A DNA stretch of 50,347 bases from NCBI GenBank assembly GCA_902803285.1, contig CADCPC010000061.1:1-50347 (forward strand), in the 5' to 3' direction. A model generated the notes under the pieces. It was given only the letters and a program-made list of their open reading frames with translations, was not told the DNA's origin and did not search any database. Made by a program: the position numbers and the translations under genes. Within the stretch, counting starts at the first letter, position 1; each line of letters begins with the position of its first letter. The DNA is from an uncultured Erysipelotrichaceae bacterium (GTDB lineage: Bacteria > Bacillota_I > Bacilli_A > RFN20 > CAG-826). Below, in pieces: positions 28,225 through 37,584 of the stretch.

Positions 28225-30018
28225 CTATTTAATTTCTTCGAAATCACTTGCCCCATGTTTACATAATGGACAAATAAAGTCTTCTGGTAAGTCGCCTTCA
28301 TGTACATATCCACATACCTTGCATACCCAGCCTTTCTTTTTGGCTTCAGGTTTAGGTTTAACATTAGCTTGATAATATGTATATGTCATTGTGTCAACGT
28401 TATTGATAGTTTTACTTTCAGTAACTGAGCAAATAAACATGCCGTGAGTATCTAAATCAACATAGCTATCTACTTTGAGTGATATGAAAGCATTGATGTA
28501 ATTAGTGAGAACAGGCAATCCGTTTTCGCTTCTAATGATTTCTTTTCCTGCAAATTTATCTTTGTCTCTTCCAGAAACAAAACCGTATTCTTGGAATATA
28601 GAGAAAGGGGCTTCAATATTTAAGCAGTTAACGTTTAATATTCCTGTCTTTTTAATGACATCATGTGAATAATTTAACTTGTTAATATTAACAGCCACTC
28701 TAAGAGGTTTGTCGGTTAATTGACTGACCGTATTAACAATAAGTCCATTATCTTTTTTGCCATCATTACAAGTTACTACATATAAACCATACCCAATCTT
28801 AAATAACGCTTTTGGATCTAGTTCAGGAACCTTTTCTTCTTTTATCTCTTTAATAGCGCGATATTCTTCACTTAGTGCATCTGCTAATTTAGAGATTTGT
28901 TCTTTATTTTCTTCATTTAGAGAAGATAAAATCCTGACGTTAGGTTCGATTAATGTAATATTCTTGCTATTAGCAAGCTTATCTTTCATAACCTTAGCTG
29001 CCATTGGAGCCCAAGTACCATTTTCAATTAACGCCACTTTTTTGTTTTGCCAATTTCTTTCCGTTAAATGAGCAATAAATGTATCCATAAATGGGAAAAT
29101 ACCGGCGTTATATGTAGTAGTAGCTAAAACAATCTTTCCATATCTGAAAGCATCTTCTACGCATTCTGCCATATCTTCTCTAGCTAGATCAGCAACAACA
29201 ACTTTAGGGGTTCCATTTTCTTTTAATTTTTCTGCTAATAGGTTAACCGCTTCTTTGGTGTGACCATATACGGAAGTATAGAAAATAGCGACTCCTTCAG
29301 TTTCTGTTTTATAAGAAGACCAAATGTCGTAAAGATTTAAATAATATCCCAAATTCTCGTTTAGTATTGGTCCATGAAGTGGGCAAATAGTTTGGATATC
29401 TAATGTCGCCGCTTTCTTTAATAAAGCTTGAACTTGAGCGCCATATTTACCAACAATTCCAATGTAATATCTTCTAGCTTCGCAAGCCCAGTCTTCTTCC
29501 ACATCAAGAGCACCAAATTTGCCGAATCCATCAGCGGAGAACAAAACCTTATCAAAGCTATCATAAGTGACCATAACTTCTGGCCAGTGCACCATAGGTG
29601 CAAAGACAAATGTTAAAGTGTGTTTGCCTAAGTTTAAAGAATTGCCATCTTCCACCACTAATTTGTGCTTGATTTCTTCGTGGAAGAATTGTTCCATCAT
29701 CTTAAAAGTTTTGCTATTTCCAACTACAAATGTATTTGGATATTCTTTTAAGAAATTAATAATATTAGCGGAATGGTCTGGTTCCATATGTTGAACCACT
29801 AAATATGTTGGTTTTTCTCTTCCCAACACTTCTTTAATGTTTTTAAGCCATTCATCAGTAAAATGAGCGTCAACTGTATCCATGACACAGATTAACTCAT
29901 CCTTAATGACATAAGAGTTATATGCCATTCCGTTAGGGACAATATATTGTCCCTCAAAAAGGTCTATTTGGTGATCATTAACACCAACATAAAATATATC
30001 GTTAGTTATTTTTTTCAT
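28225..30018 (-). CDS. Multidomain flavodiiron protein: metallo-beta-lactamase-like diiron + flavodoxin-like + flavin-reductase-like + rubredoxin domains
   Basis: 597 aa. Diiron ligands HMEPDH. Flavodoxin-like VAIFYTSVYGHTKEA. Residues ~400-545 are split-barrel flavin-reductase-like (YGLYVVTCNDGKKDNGLIVNTVSQ). C-terminal CKVCG...CPLCK rubredoxin module. Confidence 0.88.
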   Translation of the reverse strand: MKKITNDIFYVGVNDHQIDLFEGQYIVPNGMAYNSYVIKDELICVMDTVDAHFTDEWLKNIKEVLGREKPTYLVVQHMEPDHSANIINFLKEYPNTFVVGNSKTFKMMEQFFHEEIKHKLVVEDGNSLNLGKHTLTFVFAPMVHWPEVMVTYDSFDKVLFSADGFGKFGALDVEEDWACEARRYYIGIVGKYGAQVQALLKKAATLDIQTICPLHGPILNENLGYYLNLYDIWSSYKTETEGVAIFYTSVYGHTKEAVNLLAEKLKENGTPKVVVADLAREDMAECVEDAFRYGKIVLATTTYNAGIFPFMDTFIAHLTERNWQNKKVALIENGTWAPMAAKVMKDKLANSKNITLIEPNVRILSSLNEENKEQISKLADALSEEYRAIKEIKEEKVPELDPKALFKIGYGLYVVTCNDGKKDNGLIVNTVSQLTDKPLRVAVNINKLNYSHDVIKKTGILNVNCLNIEAPFSIFQEYGFVSGRDKDKFAGKEIIRSENGLPVLTNYINAFISLKVDSYVDLDTHGMFICSVTESKTINNVDTMTYTYYQANVKPKPEAKKKGWVCKVCGYVHEGDLPEDFICPLCKHGASDFEEIK

Positions 30019-30524
30019 TATTTTTTAATCCAACCTTCAAGTTTAGAATCGATGCTATTAACTTCAACACCTTTACATGCGAAACCATTTTTAACGATTG
30101 CGCCTCTTGCTGCACCTTTTAATTCTAATTCTGCAAGTCCAAGAGCACCTTCCTCATTAGTGGCAAATGGATAAATTGTTTTGCCAATAAAAGAATAAGA
30201 ACTTAAGAAGGTTGCAATAATACGAGGATAAGTTCTCCACCAGCAAGGGAATCCAAGATAAATGACATCATATTCATCTAAATTCTCTTTTGGATTAAGG
30301 AACGGAACCTTTAGGTTTCCTGCATCTTCTTCTCTACTTCTTTTTACGCATTCTTCATAATTAGCAGGATAAGGAACTTCAGGCATTAATTTATAAAGCT
30401 CTCCTCCTGTTAATTTAGCAATCTTTTCAGCGACAATTTCAGTGAAACCTTTGGAGATGTATTCCATTTCTCCACCAACACTGTTTTCGCCAGTTCTTGA
30501 AAAATAAACAATTAATGTTTTCAT
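30018..30524 (-). CDS. Flavodoxin family protein
   Basis: 168 aa. MKTLIVYFSRTGEN FMN-binding N-terminus. TAATG junction with the flavodiiron gene. Confidence 0.85.
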   Translation of the reverse strand: MKTLIVYFSRTGENSVGGEMEYISKGFTEIVAEKIAKLTGGELYKLMPEVPYPANYEECVKRSREEDAGNLKVPFLNPKENLDEYDVIYLGFPCWWRTYPRIIATFLSSYSFIGKTIYPFATNEEGALGLAELELKGAARGAIVKNGFACKGVEVNSIDSKLEGWIKK

Positions 30525-30600
30525 AATTCTACCTCAATTATCATTATCTCAAAAACCTTATATCTTATAAATAAGATTTTTGTTAAAGTGACAAGTTAAG

Positions 30601-30606
30601 TATAAT
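30601..30606 (+). promoter_or_regulatory. Consensus -10 box abutting the GNAT start
   Basis: TATAAT, then 7 nt, then ATG 30614 (only 1 nt before ATG 30608). Confidence 0.45.
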
Positions 30607-30613
30607 AATGGAG

Positions 30614-31153
30614 ATGGAATCGATTTTATTCACTAATCAAAAAGATATTAAAAAGGATATAACCAAATTATATCTCGACGCTTTTCCTGAAAATGAAAGA
30701 CCGCCAGTTCACTATTTTTATAATTCTCTAAGGAAAGAAAATAACAAGTTATATGCTTTTTATGAAAACAGCGAATTTGTTGGTTTTACTTATCTAAGTC
30801 ACTACAAAGATATCGTCTACATCTTCTTTTTAGCGGTTTCTCCTAATAAAAGAAACCAAGGTTATGGAAGCAAAATACTTCAATTCATTAAAGATGAAAA
30901 TAAAGATAAAGTAATTCTCTTATGTTATGAAGAAGTCGATGATAAATATGAAGATAATCTTTTAAGAATAAAAAGAAAAGAATTCTATGCTAGAAATGGG
31001 TTTCAATATAACGGAATTAAAACTAATGAGTTTGGTGTGATATTCGAAACAGCCTTTATCGGGCCTCATCCAGTAAGCTATGAAGATTACGTTGAGATAT
31101 TTGTTATTGGCTTTGGAAAGTTAGCAAGAAAGTTTATTAAAAGGCAAAAATAA
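30614..31153 (+). CDS. GNAT family N-acetyltransferase
   Basis: Acetyl-CoA binding motif NKRNQGYGSKIL after FLAVSP. Start ambiguous between 30608 and 30614. 30614 is favoured by the -10 spacing. Confidence 0.8.
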   Translation: MESILFTNQKDIKKDITKLYLDAFPENERPPVHYFYNSLRKENNKLYAFYENSEFVGFTYLSHYKDIVYIFFLAVSPNKRNQGYGSKILQFIKDENKDKVILLCYEEVDDKYEDNLLRIKRKEFYARNGFQYNGIKTNEFGVIFETAFIGPHPVSYEDYVEIFVIGFGKLARKFIKRQK

Positions 31154-31184
31154 AAAAAGATATGCAAAGCATATCTATTTTTTT
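31151..31184. terminator. Bidirectional intrinsic terminator between the convergent GNAT and XdhC-like genes
   Basis: AAAAAAAGATATGC-AAA-GCATATCTATTTTTTT. The hairpin is flanked by an A-run and a T-run and overlaps the XdhC-like stop codon. Confidence 0.8.
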
Positions 31185-32011
31185 GCGTTTGGATCTCTTA
31201 GGTGAGCGTTCAACTCGCTCTTACCGTAATAAATAGAGAGCATTTCTCCAGATATCGATATTGCAATTTCTTCAGGAGAATTACCTCCAATATTTAACCC
31301 AATTGGGGAATAGAAATTCGAGAGATCAATATCTTTGCCGTATTCTTGATACGCTCTTTCAAGATAATCAGCAATTTTCTTTTTAGAGCAAAGCATTCCA
31401 AAATAGGCAGGTTTATATTTCTTTTCTAGGATTTTGTTTAGAACATGATAATCGTTTTGATGACTTGGAGTGCAGACAACAATATAAGCGTTATCTCTTA
31501 ATCCATGTTTCTCAATATAATCAACAAATCCTGATATCACTTTAATATCAGCAGAATCATCAAGTGCGTCAATCACTGCTTTTCTTTCATCAATAATAGT
31601 GACATGGAAACCTAAAGGTTTTAATGTTCTTGCTAATGCCGCTCCACAATGTCCTGCACCAAAAATATAAACATATTGTTTAGGCCCAACAAATTCATAG
31701 AAAAGTGTTACTTTTCCGCCACAGGCCATTGGAAGGACAACTTCATCGTTATCAACATATACTTCACGATCACAAAGAACGTATTTTTCAGAGAAAGATT
31801 TTCTTTCTTTTATGACATCTTTACATTTTTCACGAGCGTAAAATTCAATAGCTCCTCCTCCGACAGTGCCAAAAGCTTCTCCATTTTCAACGACAAGCAT
31901 TTTTTTACCGACATCAGCAGGACCCATCCCACTTTTTTCGGTGACAGTAACTAAAACTAGGTCAAAACCTAGTTTGTTATATTCGTGAATTTTTGAATAA
32001 ATATCTACCAT
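31175..32011 (-). CDS. XdhC/CoxI family accessory protein
   Basis: 278 aa. N-terminal XdhC_CoxI-like LVTVTEKSGMGPADVGKKM...GTVGGGAIE and Rossmann-type VYIFGAGHCGAALARTLKPLGFHVTIIDER. Confidence 0.8.
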   Translation of the reverse strand: MVDIYSKIHEYNKLGFDLVLVTVTEKSGMGPADVGKKMLVVENGEAFGTVGGGAIEFYAREKCKDVIKERKSFSEKYVLCDREVYVDNDEVVLPMACGGKVTLFYEFVGPKQYVYIFGAGHCGAALARTLKPLGFHVTIIDERKAVIDALDDSADIKVISGFVDYIEKHGLRDNAYIVVCTPSHQNDYHVLNKILEKKYKPAYFGMLCSKKKIADYLERAYQEYGKDIDLSNFYSPIGLNIGGNSPEEIAISISGEMLSIYYGKSELNAHLRDPNAKK

Positions 32012-32012
32012 G

Positions 32013-32714
32013 TTAGATTAACGCCATTGTTAATGTTAAGGTGAATGCAATTACTAAAGTAACAGCGGCAGTAATTGGCGAATTAACTAATTTCTTAATA
32101 TCAAATTTTAAGGAAACGTTTGCTTTTTCTAATAACTTCATGACACCAAAAGCAATCGCACCACTAGCAAATGTGTATAAAATAGCGACACAGTTGAACT
32201 TGAATAAGTATTTTTCACCGACTTCAATCCATGCCTTTTCGCTTGCAAATACATTTGTGCCACCCATCGCCATATTGATGAGTAAATATGAGAATTGATA
32301 TAAGGTATTCGCAAAAATCATTGCGCCTAATGTTCTGAAAGATAAAACATTTTTAGGGTTGAAAATAATAAGAGCAACACCCATCATTAAGGATTCAACA
32401 ACGATATAAATGGCAGGATTATAAACACTTGGTCTAAAACCTATTACTATAGCAACACTTAATTTTATTAAGGCTGCAATGACCCCCATTACAAATACTG
32501 CCCATCTTGATCCTGTTTTCTTATAGCAAATTGCCATTAAATAATAGGCGATAGGAAGCATAATGGTTGTTGAAGCAGCATACATTCCTGCTTTATCAAG
32601 AACAGGTAAATGTAAAACTGTTCCTAAGGTTGCTTCTAAAATGCCCAAAAGAGCACCAAAGAAAACAACATTAAGTAAAACAGTAAGTGTTTGTTTACGA
32701 TTTTCGTTATTCAT
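32013..32714 (-). CDS. Polytopic membrane protein of unknown function
   Basis: 233 aa with about 6-7 hydrophobic helices. SD AAGGTGGA. A 1-nt gap separates its stop from the XdhC-like start. Confidence 0.6.
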   Translation of the reverse strand: MNNENRKQTLTVLLNVVFFGALLGILEATLGTVLHLPVLDKAGMYAASTTIMLPIAYYLMAICYKKTGSRWAVFVMGVIAALIKLSVAIVIGFRPSVYNPAIYIVVESLMMGVALIIFNPKNVLSFRTLGAMIFANTLYQFSYLLINMAMGGTNVFASEKAWIEVGEKYLFKFNCVAILYTFASGAIAFGVMKLLEKANVSLKFDIKKLVNSPITAAVTLVIAFTLTLTMALI

Positions 32715-32737
32715 AATGAGCGTCCACCTTAAAAATG

Positions 32738-32746
32738 ATTATAGCA
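32738..32746 (-). promoter_or_regulatory. Extended -10 promoter of the membrane-protein/XdhC-like operon
   Basis: Minus strand TGCTATAAT, 23 nt upstream of ATG 32714. Confidence 0.5.
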
Positions 32747-32761
32747 TTTTTTATTTTTATA

Positions 32762-33322
32762 TTAGAAATAAAAAGTGAATGAGTAGATGTTAATGCTTGA
32801 ACCTTTATATGTTTCTGCTGCTAGGAAAGACCAATCAGCTCCACCGAGAGTATATTCAAGAGCAGTTCCATCACTATGGACAGCGTCAACTGCTTTGCCG
32901 GCCACTTCTTCACCACTGCAATCATTTGTTAAATAGACTTTGATGTCAGCCTTAAATGTTTCGATGACAACCTTGCTAGGAATTAAATCACTAGTACTGC
33001 TTCTCACAAATGAAACAGGGTTTTTCTTTGCTTGAAGTTCTTGATGATTAGAAGAAATATACCATTTTCCTAAGAAATCCATATTAAATTCATTTTCACC
33101 AACTGTAAAATGTGCGTTTCTTACTGTTTCTGCAGTATCTTCATCATTCCATGAAGTAGGTAAGAAGGCAGTGGCGCTTAAATAATCAACAGTAAAAGAT
33201 AGAGATGGTTCAGGATCTACCGGATCAACAGGGTCAGCAGGATCTACTGGAGCTTGTTGAGGATTTGCACATCCAACAAGTGCCACTAAACTCAATAAAG
33301 AAATGACTAATAATTTTTTCAT
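32762..33322 (-). CDS. Lipoprotein of unknown function
   Basis: Start reset to MKKLLVISLLSLVALVGC (lipobox LVGC, SD AAGAGGA). A (D/A)PVDP repeat linker follows the Cys. The track's 19-aa N-terminal extension lacks an SD. Confidence 0.75.
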   Translation of the reverse strand: MKKLLVISLLSLVALVGCANPQQAPVDPADPVDPVDPEPSLSFTVDYLSATAFLPTSWNDEDTAETVRNAHFTVGENEFNMDFLGKWYISSNHQELQAKKNPVSFVRSSTSDLIPSKVVIETFKADIKVYLTNDCSGEEVAGKAVDAVHSDGTALEYTLGGADWSFLAAETYKGSSINIYSFTFYF

Positions 33323-33344
33323 TTTTGTGTCCTCTTTCAGTGAA

Positions 33345-33373
33345 ATTATCATCAAAAATAAAAGACTTGTCAA
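33345..33373 (-). promoter_or_regulatory. Promoter of the lipoprotein gene
   Basis: Minus strand TTGACA, 17-nt spacer, GATAAT. Confidence 0.6.
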
Positions 33374-33428
33374 AGACAAATCTTTGCCTCGTGTACGCGG
33401 TCATTAACCTTGAATGACGCGTCATAAT

Positions 33429-33800
33429 TTATTTTTTTACTTTTGCGAGCTTACGTATTCCACCGCGTGGGTTTTCTACATCACCTGAATAACGTGGGAT
33501 AACATGCATATGGGCATGGAATACGCTTTGTCCGCCAGCAACCCCAACATTAAATCCGACATTAAATCCATCTGGATGATATAACTCATCTAAGTGTTTC
33601 TTAACAACTTGGGAAAGCTCAAACATTGCCGACATTTCTTCTTTTGTTAAGTCAAAATAAGTCGCTTTATGAGATTTAGGGATGATTAGCATGTGTCCTT
33701 TACTAGCAGGCATCGCATCATAAAAAGCTACCGCCAATTCGTTTTCAAAGGCATATTCTTTCTTTTCAATGATTTTGCAAAACACGCATGAATCATTCAT
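33429..33800 (-). CDS. HIT family (histidine triad) nucleotide hydrolase
   Basis: 123 aa. HAHMHVIP histidine triad. Confidence 0.92.
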   Translation of the reverse strand: MNDSCVFCKIIEKKEYAFENELAVAFYDAMPASKGHMLIIPKSHKATYFDLTKEEMSAMFELSQVVKKHLDELYHPDGFNVGFNVGVAGGQSVFHAHMHVIPRYSGDVENPRGGIRKLAKVKK

Positions 33801-33810
33801 AAATATTAAC

Positions 33811-34941
33811 CTATATATCGTTTCTTTTACCTTTGTAATATGTGGAGTCGATTAATCCACCACCAAGACAAATATCCCCATCATATAAGACTGCTGCTTG
33901 TCCAGGAGTAACACTCTTATATGGTTTATCAAAAATAAGTTCAATAGAATCGTCATCAATATAATGAATTGTGACTGGATTATCAGCTTGGCGATATCTA
34001 AATTTCGCATTAATATGTGCACCTTCTTTGACTTTAGGACACATATAATTCATCATCTTAACAATGCAGCGATCGGAATAGAGATAATCGTTTTCTGAAC
34101 CACTAGCAACATAAAGGATGTTGTTTTTTATATCTTTTTTAACTACAAACCAACCATTAGAATCAAATCCATTGATTCCACCAATACCCAATCCTTTTCT
34201 TTGGCCTATTGTGTAATACATTACTCCATCATGAGTAGCAATGACTTTACCACTATTGATATCGACAACATTTCCTTTTTTAGCAGGAATATAGTTCTTT
34301 AAGAATTCTTTGAAATGTCTTTCGCCAATAAAACAAACTCCAGTCGAGTCTTTTTTATCTGCGATATCAAGATCTAAATCGTGAGCGATTTTTCTAACCT
34401 CTTTTTTATCAATATCTCCAAGAGGGAATAATGAGTATTTTAATTGTTCTTGGCTAATCTGATTTAGGAAATAAGTTTGATCTTTGTTTGTATCGTAACT
34501 CTTGCATAAATAGGCAACACCATCTTTATCAATTCTTTTTGCGTAGTGGCCCATTGCGATCATGTCAAAACCATTATCGAGAGCGAATTTCAAAAAAGCA
34601 TCAAACTTAATATATTTATTGCAGAAAACATCAGGATTAGGGGTTCTACCAGCTTGATATTCTCTTATTAAATAAGAGAAAACATCATCCCAGTATTCTT
34701 TTACAAAATCAATTCTTAATAGTGGTATATCAAGTTTTTTAGCAACTTTAACAGCATCTTCATAATCGACTTCTTGTGGACATTGAGCATTGTTGATATT
34801 TGGATTTCCTAAATAATCATTATTCGCTAATGAATCCCAGTTACGCATAAAACAGGCTGAAACTTCATAGCCTTGCTTTTTTAATAGATATGCAGCAACT
34901 GCACTATCAACGCCGCCAGAAAGACCGACTAAGATTTTCAT
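33811..34941 (-). CDS. mnmA: tRNA 2-thiouridine(34) synthase MnmA
   Basis: 376 aa. PP-loop GLSGGVDSAV and the conserved Cys of the MnmA family. Confidence 0.95.
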   Translation of the reverse strand: MKILVGLSGGVDSAVAAYLLKKQGYEVSACFMRNWDSLANNDYLGNPNINNAQCPQEVDYEDAVKVAKKLDIPLLRIDFVKEYWDDVFSYLIREYQAGRTPNPDVFCNKYIKFDAFLKFALDNGFDMIAMGHYAKRIDKDGVAYLCKSYDTNKDQTYFLNQISQEQLKYSLFPLGDIDKKEVRKIAHDLDLDIADKKDSTGVCFIGERHFKEFLKNYIPAKKGNVVDINSGKVIATHDGVMYYTIGQRKGLGIGGINGFDSNGWFVVKKDIKNNILYVASGSENDYLYSDRCIVKMMNYMCPKVKEGAHINAKFRYRQADNPVTIHYIDDDSIELIFDKPYKSVTPGQAAVLYDGDICLGGGLIDSTYYKGKRNDI

Positions 34942-35393
34942 TTAAAAATCTCCTCGCTATCGAGCATGACTGTAAAAGGTCCATCGTTAATAGAATGGAC
35001 GAGCATATCTGCGCCGAAAACTCCTGTAGATATCCCTTTGCCAAATTTATGTTCTAATTGTTCATTGAAATAGTTATATAATTCTTCAGCTTCATGTGGT
35101 CTCATCGCATTAGTGAATGATGGTCTTCTACCTTTAGAAGTATCCGCGTATAAAGTGAATTGACTAACAGAAAGAATTCCGCCATTAACATCATATATAG
35201 ACAAATTAATTTGTCTATTTTCGTCAGCAAAAACACGAAGATTTAAAATCTTGTCCACCATCTTATCAACAATCTCTTTGTTATCTTCGCCAGTAAAGCC
35301 AACTAGTAAAAGATAACCGCGGTTAATTTGACCGACGGTTTTCTTTAATATTTCTACTCTTGCTTCAGTAACTGTTTGTAATAGAACTCTCAT
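34938..35393 (-). CDS. dtd: D-aminoacyl-tRNA deacylase
   Basis: MRVLLQTV... canonical Dtd start, SQFTLYAD and GPFT motifs. ATG 35393 is preferred over the track's TTG at 35402. Confidence 0.92.
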   Translation of the reverse strand: MRVLLQTVTEARVEILKKTVGQINRGYLLLVGFTGEDNKEIVDKMVDKILNLRVFADENRQINLSIYDVNGGILSVSQFTLYADTSKGRRPSFTNAMRPHEAEELYNYFNEQLEHKFGKGISTGVFGADMLVHSINDGPFTVMLDSEEIFK

Positions 35394-35394
35394 T

Positions 35395-36696
35395 TTAATC
35401 AATAATTTCTCTGATAACTGGAAGAGCTTTTACTTCTTCTTTAACAATGACATAAGAGGCTTTAATGTCTTCTAATACATCAGCGTAGTCTTCTTTATTT
35501 GTGTAACAAGTGCAAAGTAGATCGCCTTTTTTAACATAGCCACCAACTTTCTTAGCTAATACGATACCTGCCGACATATCAATGGTGTCTTCAAGAGTTT
35601 CTCTACCTGCACCAAGTTTCATTGCAGCAACACCAATGCCTAAAGCATCGATTTCTTTGATATAGCCTTCTTGTTCGCTTCTAATTTCAATAATATTCTT
35701 ACTAATTTCAAATTTTTCTGGATGTAAGATGTAATCTACATCTCCGCCTTGTGCTTTAACCATTGCTAATAGCTTATTGAATGCTTCACCATTTTCGATA
35801 ACTTCGTGAAGCTTCTTTCTAGCTTCTTCTCTAGTTTTAGCTTGTTTAGCTTGAACAAGCATAATACTACCAGCGGTATAGCAAAGTTCCATCAAATCTT
35901 CTGGGCCTTCGCCATGTAATGAGGCGATAGCTTCTTTGATTTCTAATGAATTACCAACTGCCATACCTAAAGGTTCACTCATATCGCTTAAAACAGCGAC
36001 AGTGTCTCTAGATAATGATTTACCGATGTTAACCATGGTTCTCGCTAATTCTCTAGCATCATTCATGTTCTTCATAAATGCACCTTCACCTACGGTGACA
36101 TCTAATAAAATAGCATCAGTTCCACTAGCGAGTTTCTTACTCATAACACTGGCAGCAATTAGAGGAATTGATTCAACTGTACCTGTGACATCTCTTAAAG
36201 CATAAAGCTTTTTATCAGCAGGAACTAAAGAGGCGGTTTGCCCGATAACTGCTAAGCCGATATCGTTGACTTGTTCAACCATTTGCTCTTTAGTTTTAGC
36301 AATGCTCATATGAGGAATGGATTCGAGCTTATCTAAAGTACCGCCAGTATGACCTAAACCACGTCCACTCATCTTGGCAAGTTTTGCGCCACAAGCAGCA
36401 ACCATAGGTCCAAGAACAATTGTGGTTTTATCACCAACTCCACCAGTAGAGTGTTTATCAACTTTTACGCCTTTGATATCACTTAAATCAATAACTTCAC
36501 CACTATGTTCCATACGGTCAGTTAGAGTAGCGATTTCACGTTTAGACATTCCTCTAAAGAGGATTGCCATATTCATCGCACTTGATTGATAATCAGGAAT
36601 TTCACCTTTGGTGTAGCCTTCAATCCAGAATGAAATTTCTTCATCTGTTAATTCATGGCCATCTCTTTTTTTGATAATTAAATCAACCATTCTCAT
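35395..36696 (-). CDS. pdp: Pyrimidine-nucleoside phosphorylase
   Basis: 433 aa. MRMVDLIIKKRDG..., DKHSTGGVGD, and the glycosyltransferase family 3 layout. Confidence 0.94.
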   Translation of the reverse strand: MRMVDLIIKKRDGHELTDEEISFWIEGYTKGEIPDYQSSAMNMAILFRGMSKREIATLTDRMEHSGEVIDLSDIKGVKVDKHSTGGVGDKTTIVLGPMVAACGAKLAKMSGRGLGHTGGTLDKLESIPHMSIAKTKEQMVEQVNDIGLAVIGQTASLVPADKKLYALRDVTGTVESIPLIAASVMSKKLASGTDAILLDVTVGEGAFMKNMNDARELARTMVNIGKSLSRDTVAVLSDMSEPLGMAVGNSLEIKEAIASLHGEGPEDLMELCYTAGSIMLVQAKQAKTREEARKKLHEVIENGEAFNKLLAMVKAQGGDVDYILHPEKFEISKNIIEIRSEQEGYIKEIDALGIGVAAMKLGAGRETLEDTIDMSAGIVLAKKVGGYVKKGDLLCTCYTNKEDYADVLEDIKASYVIVKEEVKALPVIREIID

Positions 36697-36754
36697 AGTA
36701 AATACCTCAATTCATAATTAGTTTATCACAAAAATGTATTCAAAATACATTTGA

Positions 36755-37546
36755 TTATATAACTTTGTAATATTTTAGAGCTTTTTTGACTCCATGCTTC
36801 TCTATTGGAGCGGTGATATAGGTGGCGTAAGGTTTAACTTCTTCTTTGCCGTTTCCCATACAAGCACTATATTTTGATAGTTCAAACATCGATATATCTT
36901 GAACGTCATCTCCAATAGTCAAAACATTATCTGTTGAAATATTATAATATTTCAGAACATCTTTAATGCCTTCTGCTTTAATATGTTCTTCTTCAATTAT
37001 TTCCACTGCGTAATCATAATAACGGAATATATGCATTTCCTTAGGAAGTTTTGCTATAAGTTTTTCATCATAATCACTGGTACAGAACACCACTGCGTTT
37101 ATGCCTTTACGATTTTTGTAATCTTCCACTTTTGGATATGCTTCTTGATAAATAGCAAAAACATGATCGACATATTCATTAGGCTCTCTAGTAAAGAAAG
37201 CTCCATTTGCCTCAGTTATTTGCATTGTTAAACCAAGCTCATTAGCGACGTCAATCATCTTTTGATAATTCTTATCGGTAAAATTAATCTCTTTTATGAT
37301 TTTATCATCAATCATGACAAGGCCACCATTAGAGATAATAAGTCCATCTGGTTTAAATATCTTTAATAGTCCAGTATATACGACTGAATGATAGGCTCTG
37401 GCAGTGCAAATACAAACTTTAACCCCTCTTTTTTGTGCTTTCTTAAGAGCGCGAATAGAAGCCTTATCAAAAACATGTTTGCCTTTATAATGAGACAATA
37501 TCGTCCAATCGATATCCACAAAGATAATTTTAATATTTTGGTCCAT
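36755..37546 (-). CDS. Cof-type HAD-IIB family hydrolase
   Basis: 263 aa. DIDWT nucleophile motif (DxDxT) and C-terminal GDDVQD motif. Confidence 0.85.
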   Translation of the reverse strand: MDQNIKIIFVDIDWTILSHYKGKHVFDKASIRALKKAQKRGVKVCICTARAYHSVVYTGLLKIFKPDGLIISNGGLVMIDDKIIKEINFTDKNYQKMIDVANELGLTMQITEANGAFFTREPNEYVDHVFAIYQEAYPKVEDYKNRKGINAVVFCTSDYDEKLIAKLPKEMHIFRYYDYAVEIIEEEHIKAEGIKDVLKYYNISTDNVLTIGDDVQDISMFELSKYSACMGNGKEEVKPYATYITAPIEKHGVKKALKYYKVI

Positions 37547-37584
37547 CTATTTATTATTTTATAATAAGATGTTAGAGTAATGAT

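Noticed and set aside
33234-33425. 63-aa ORF and the 19-aa extension upstream of the lipoprotein signal peptide
   Set aside because: They overlap the lipoprotein promoter and 5' region, and have no SD. The lipoprotein start MKKLL...LVGC with an SD is far better supported.
36732-36752. AT-only hairpin AAATGTATT-TTG-AATACATTT (minus strand) after the HAD gene as a terminator
   Set aside because: The stem has a single G-C pair (otherwise A-T) and a short T-run. It is too weak to assert without transcript data.
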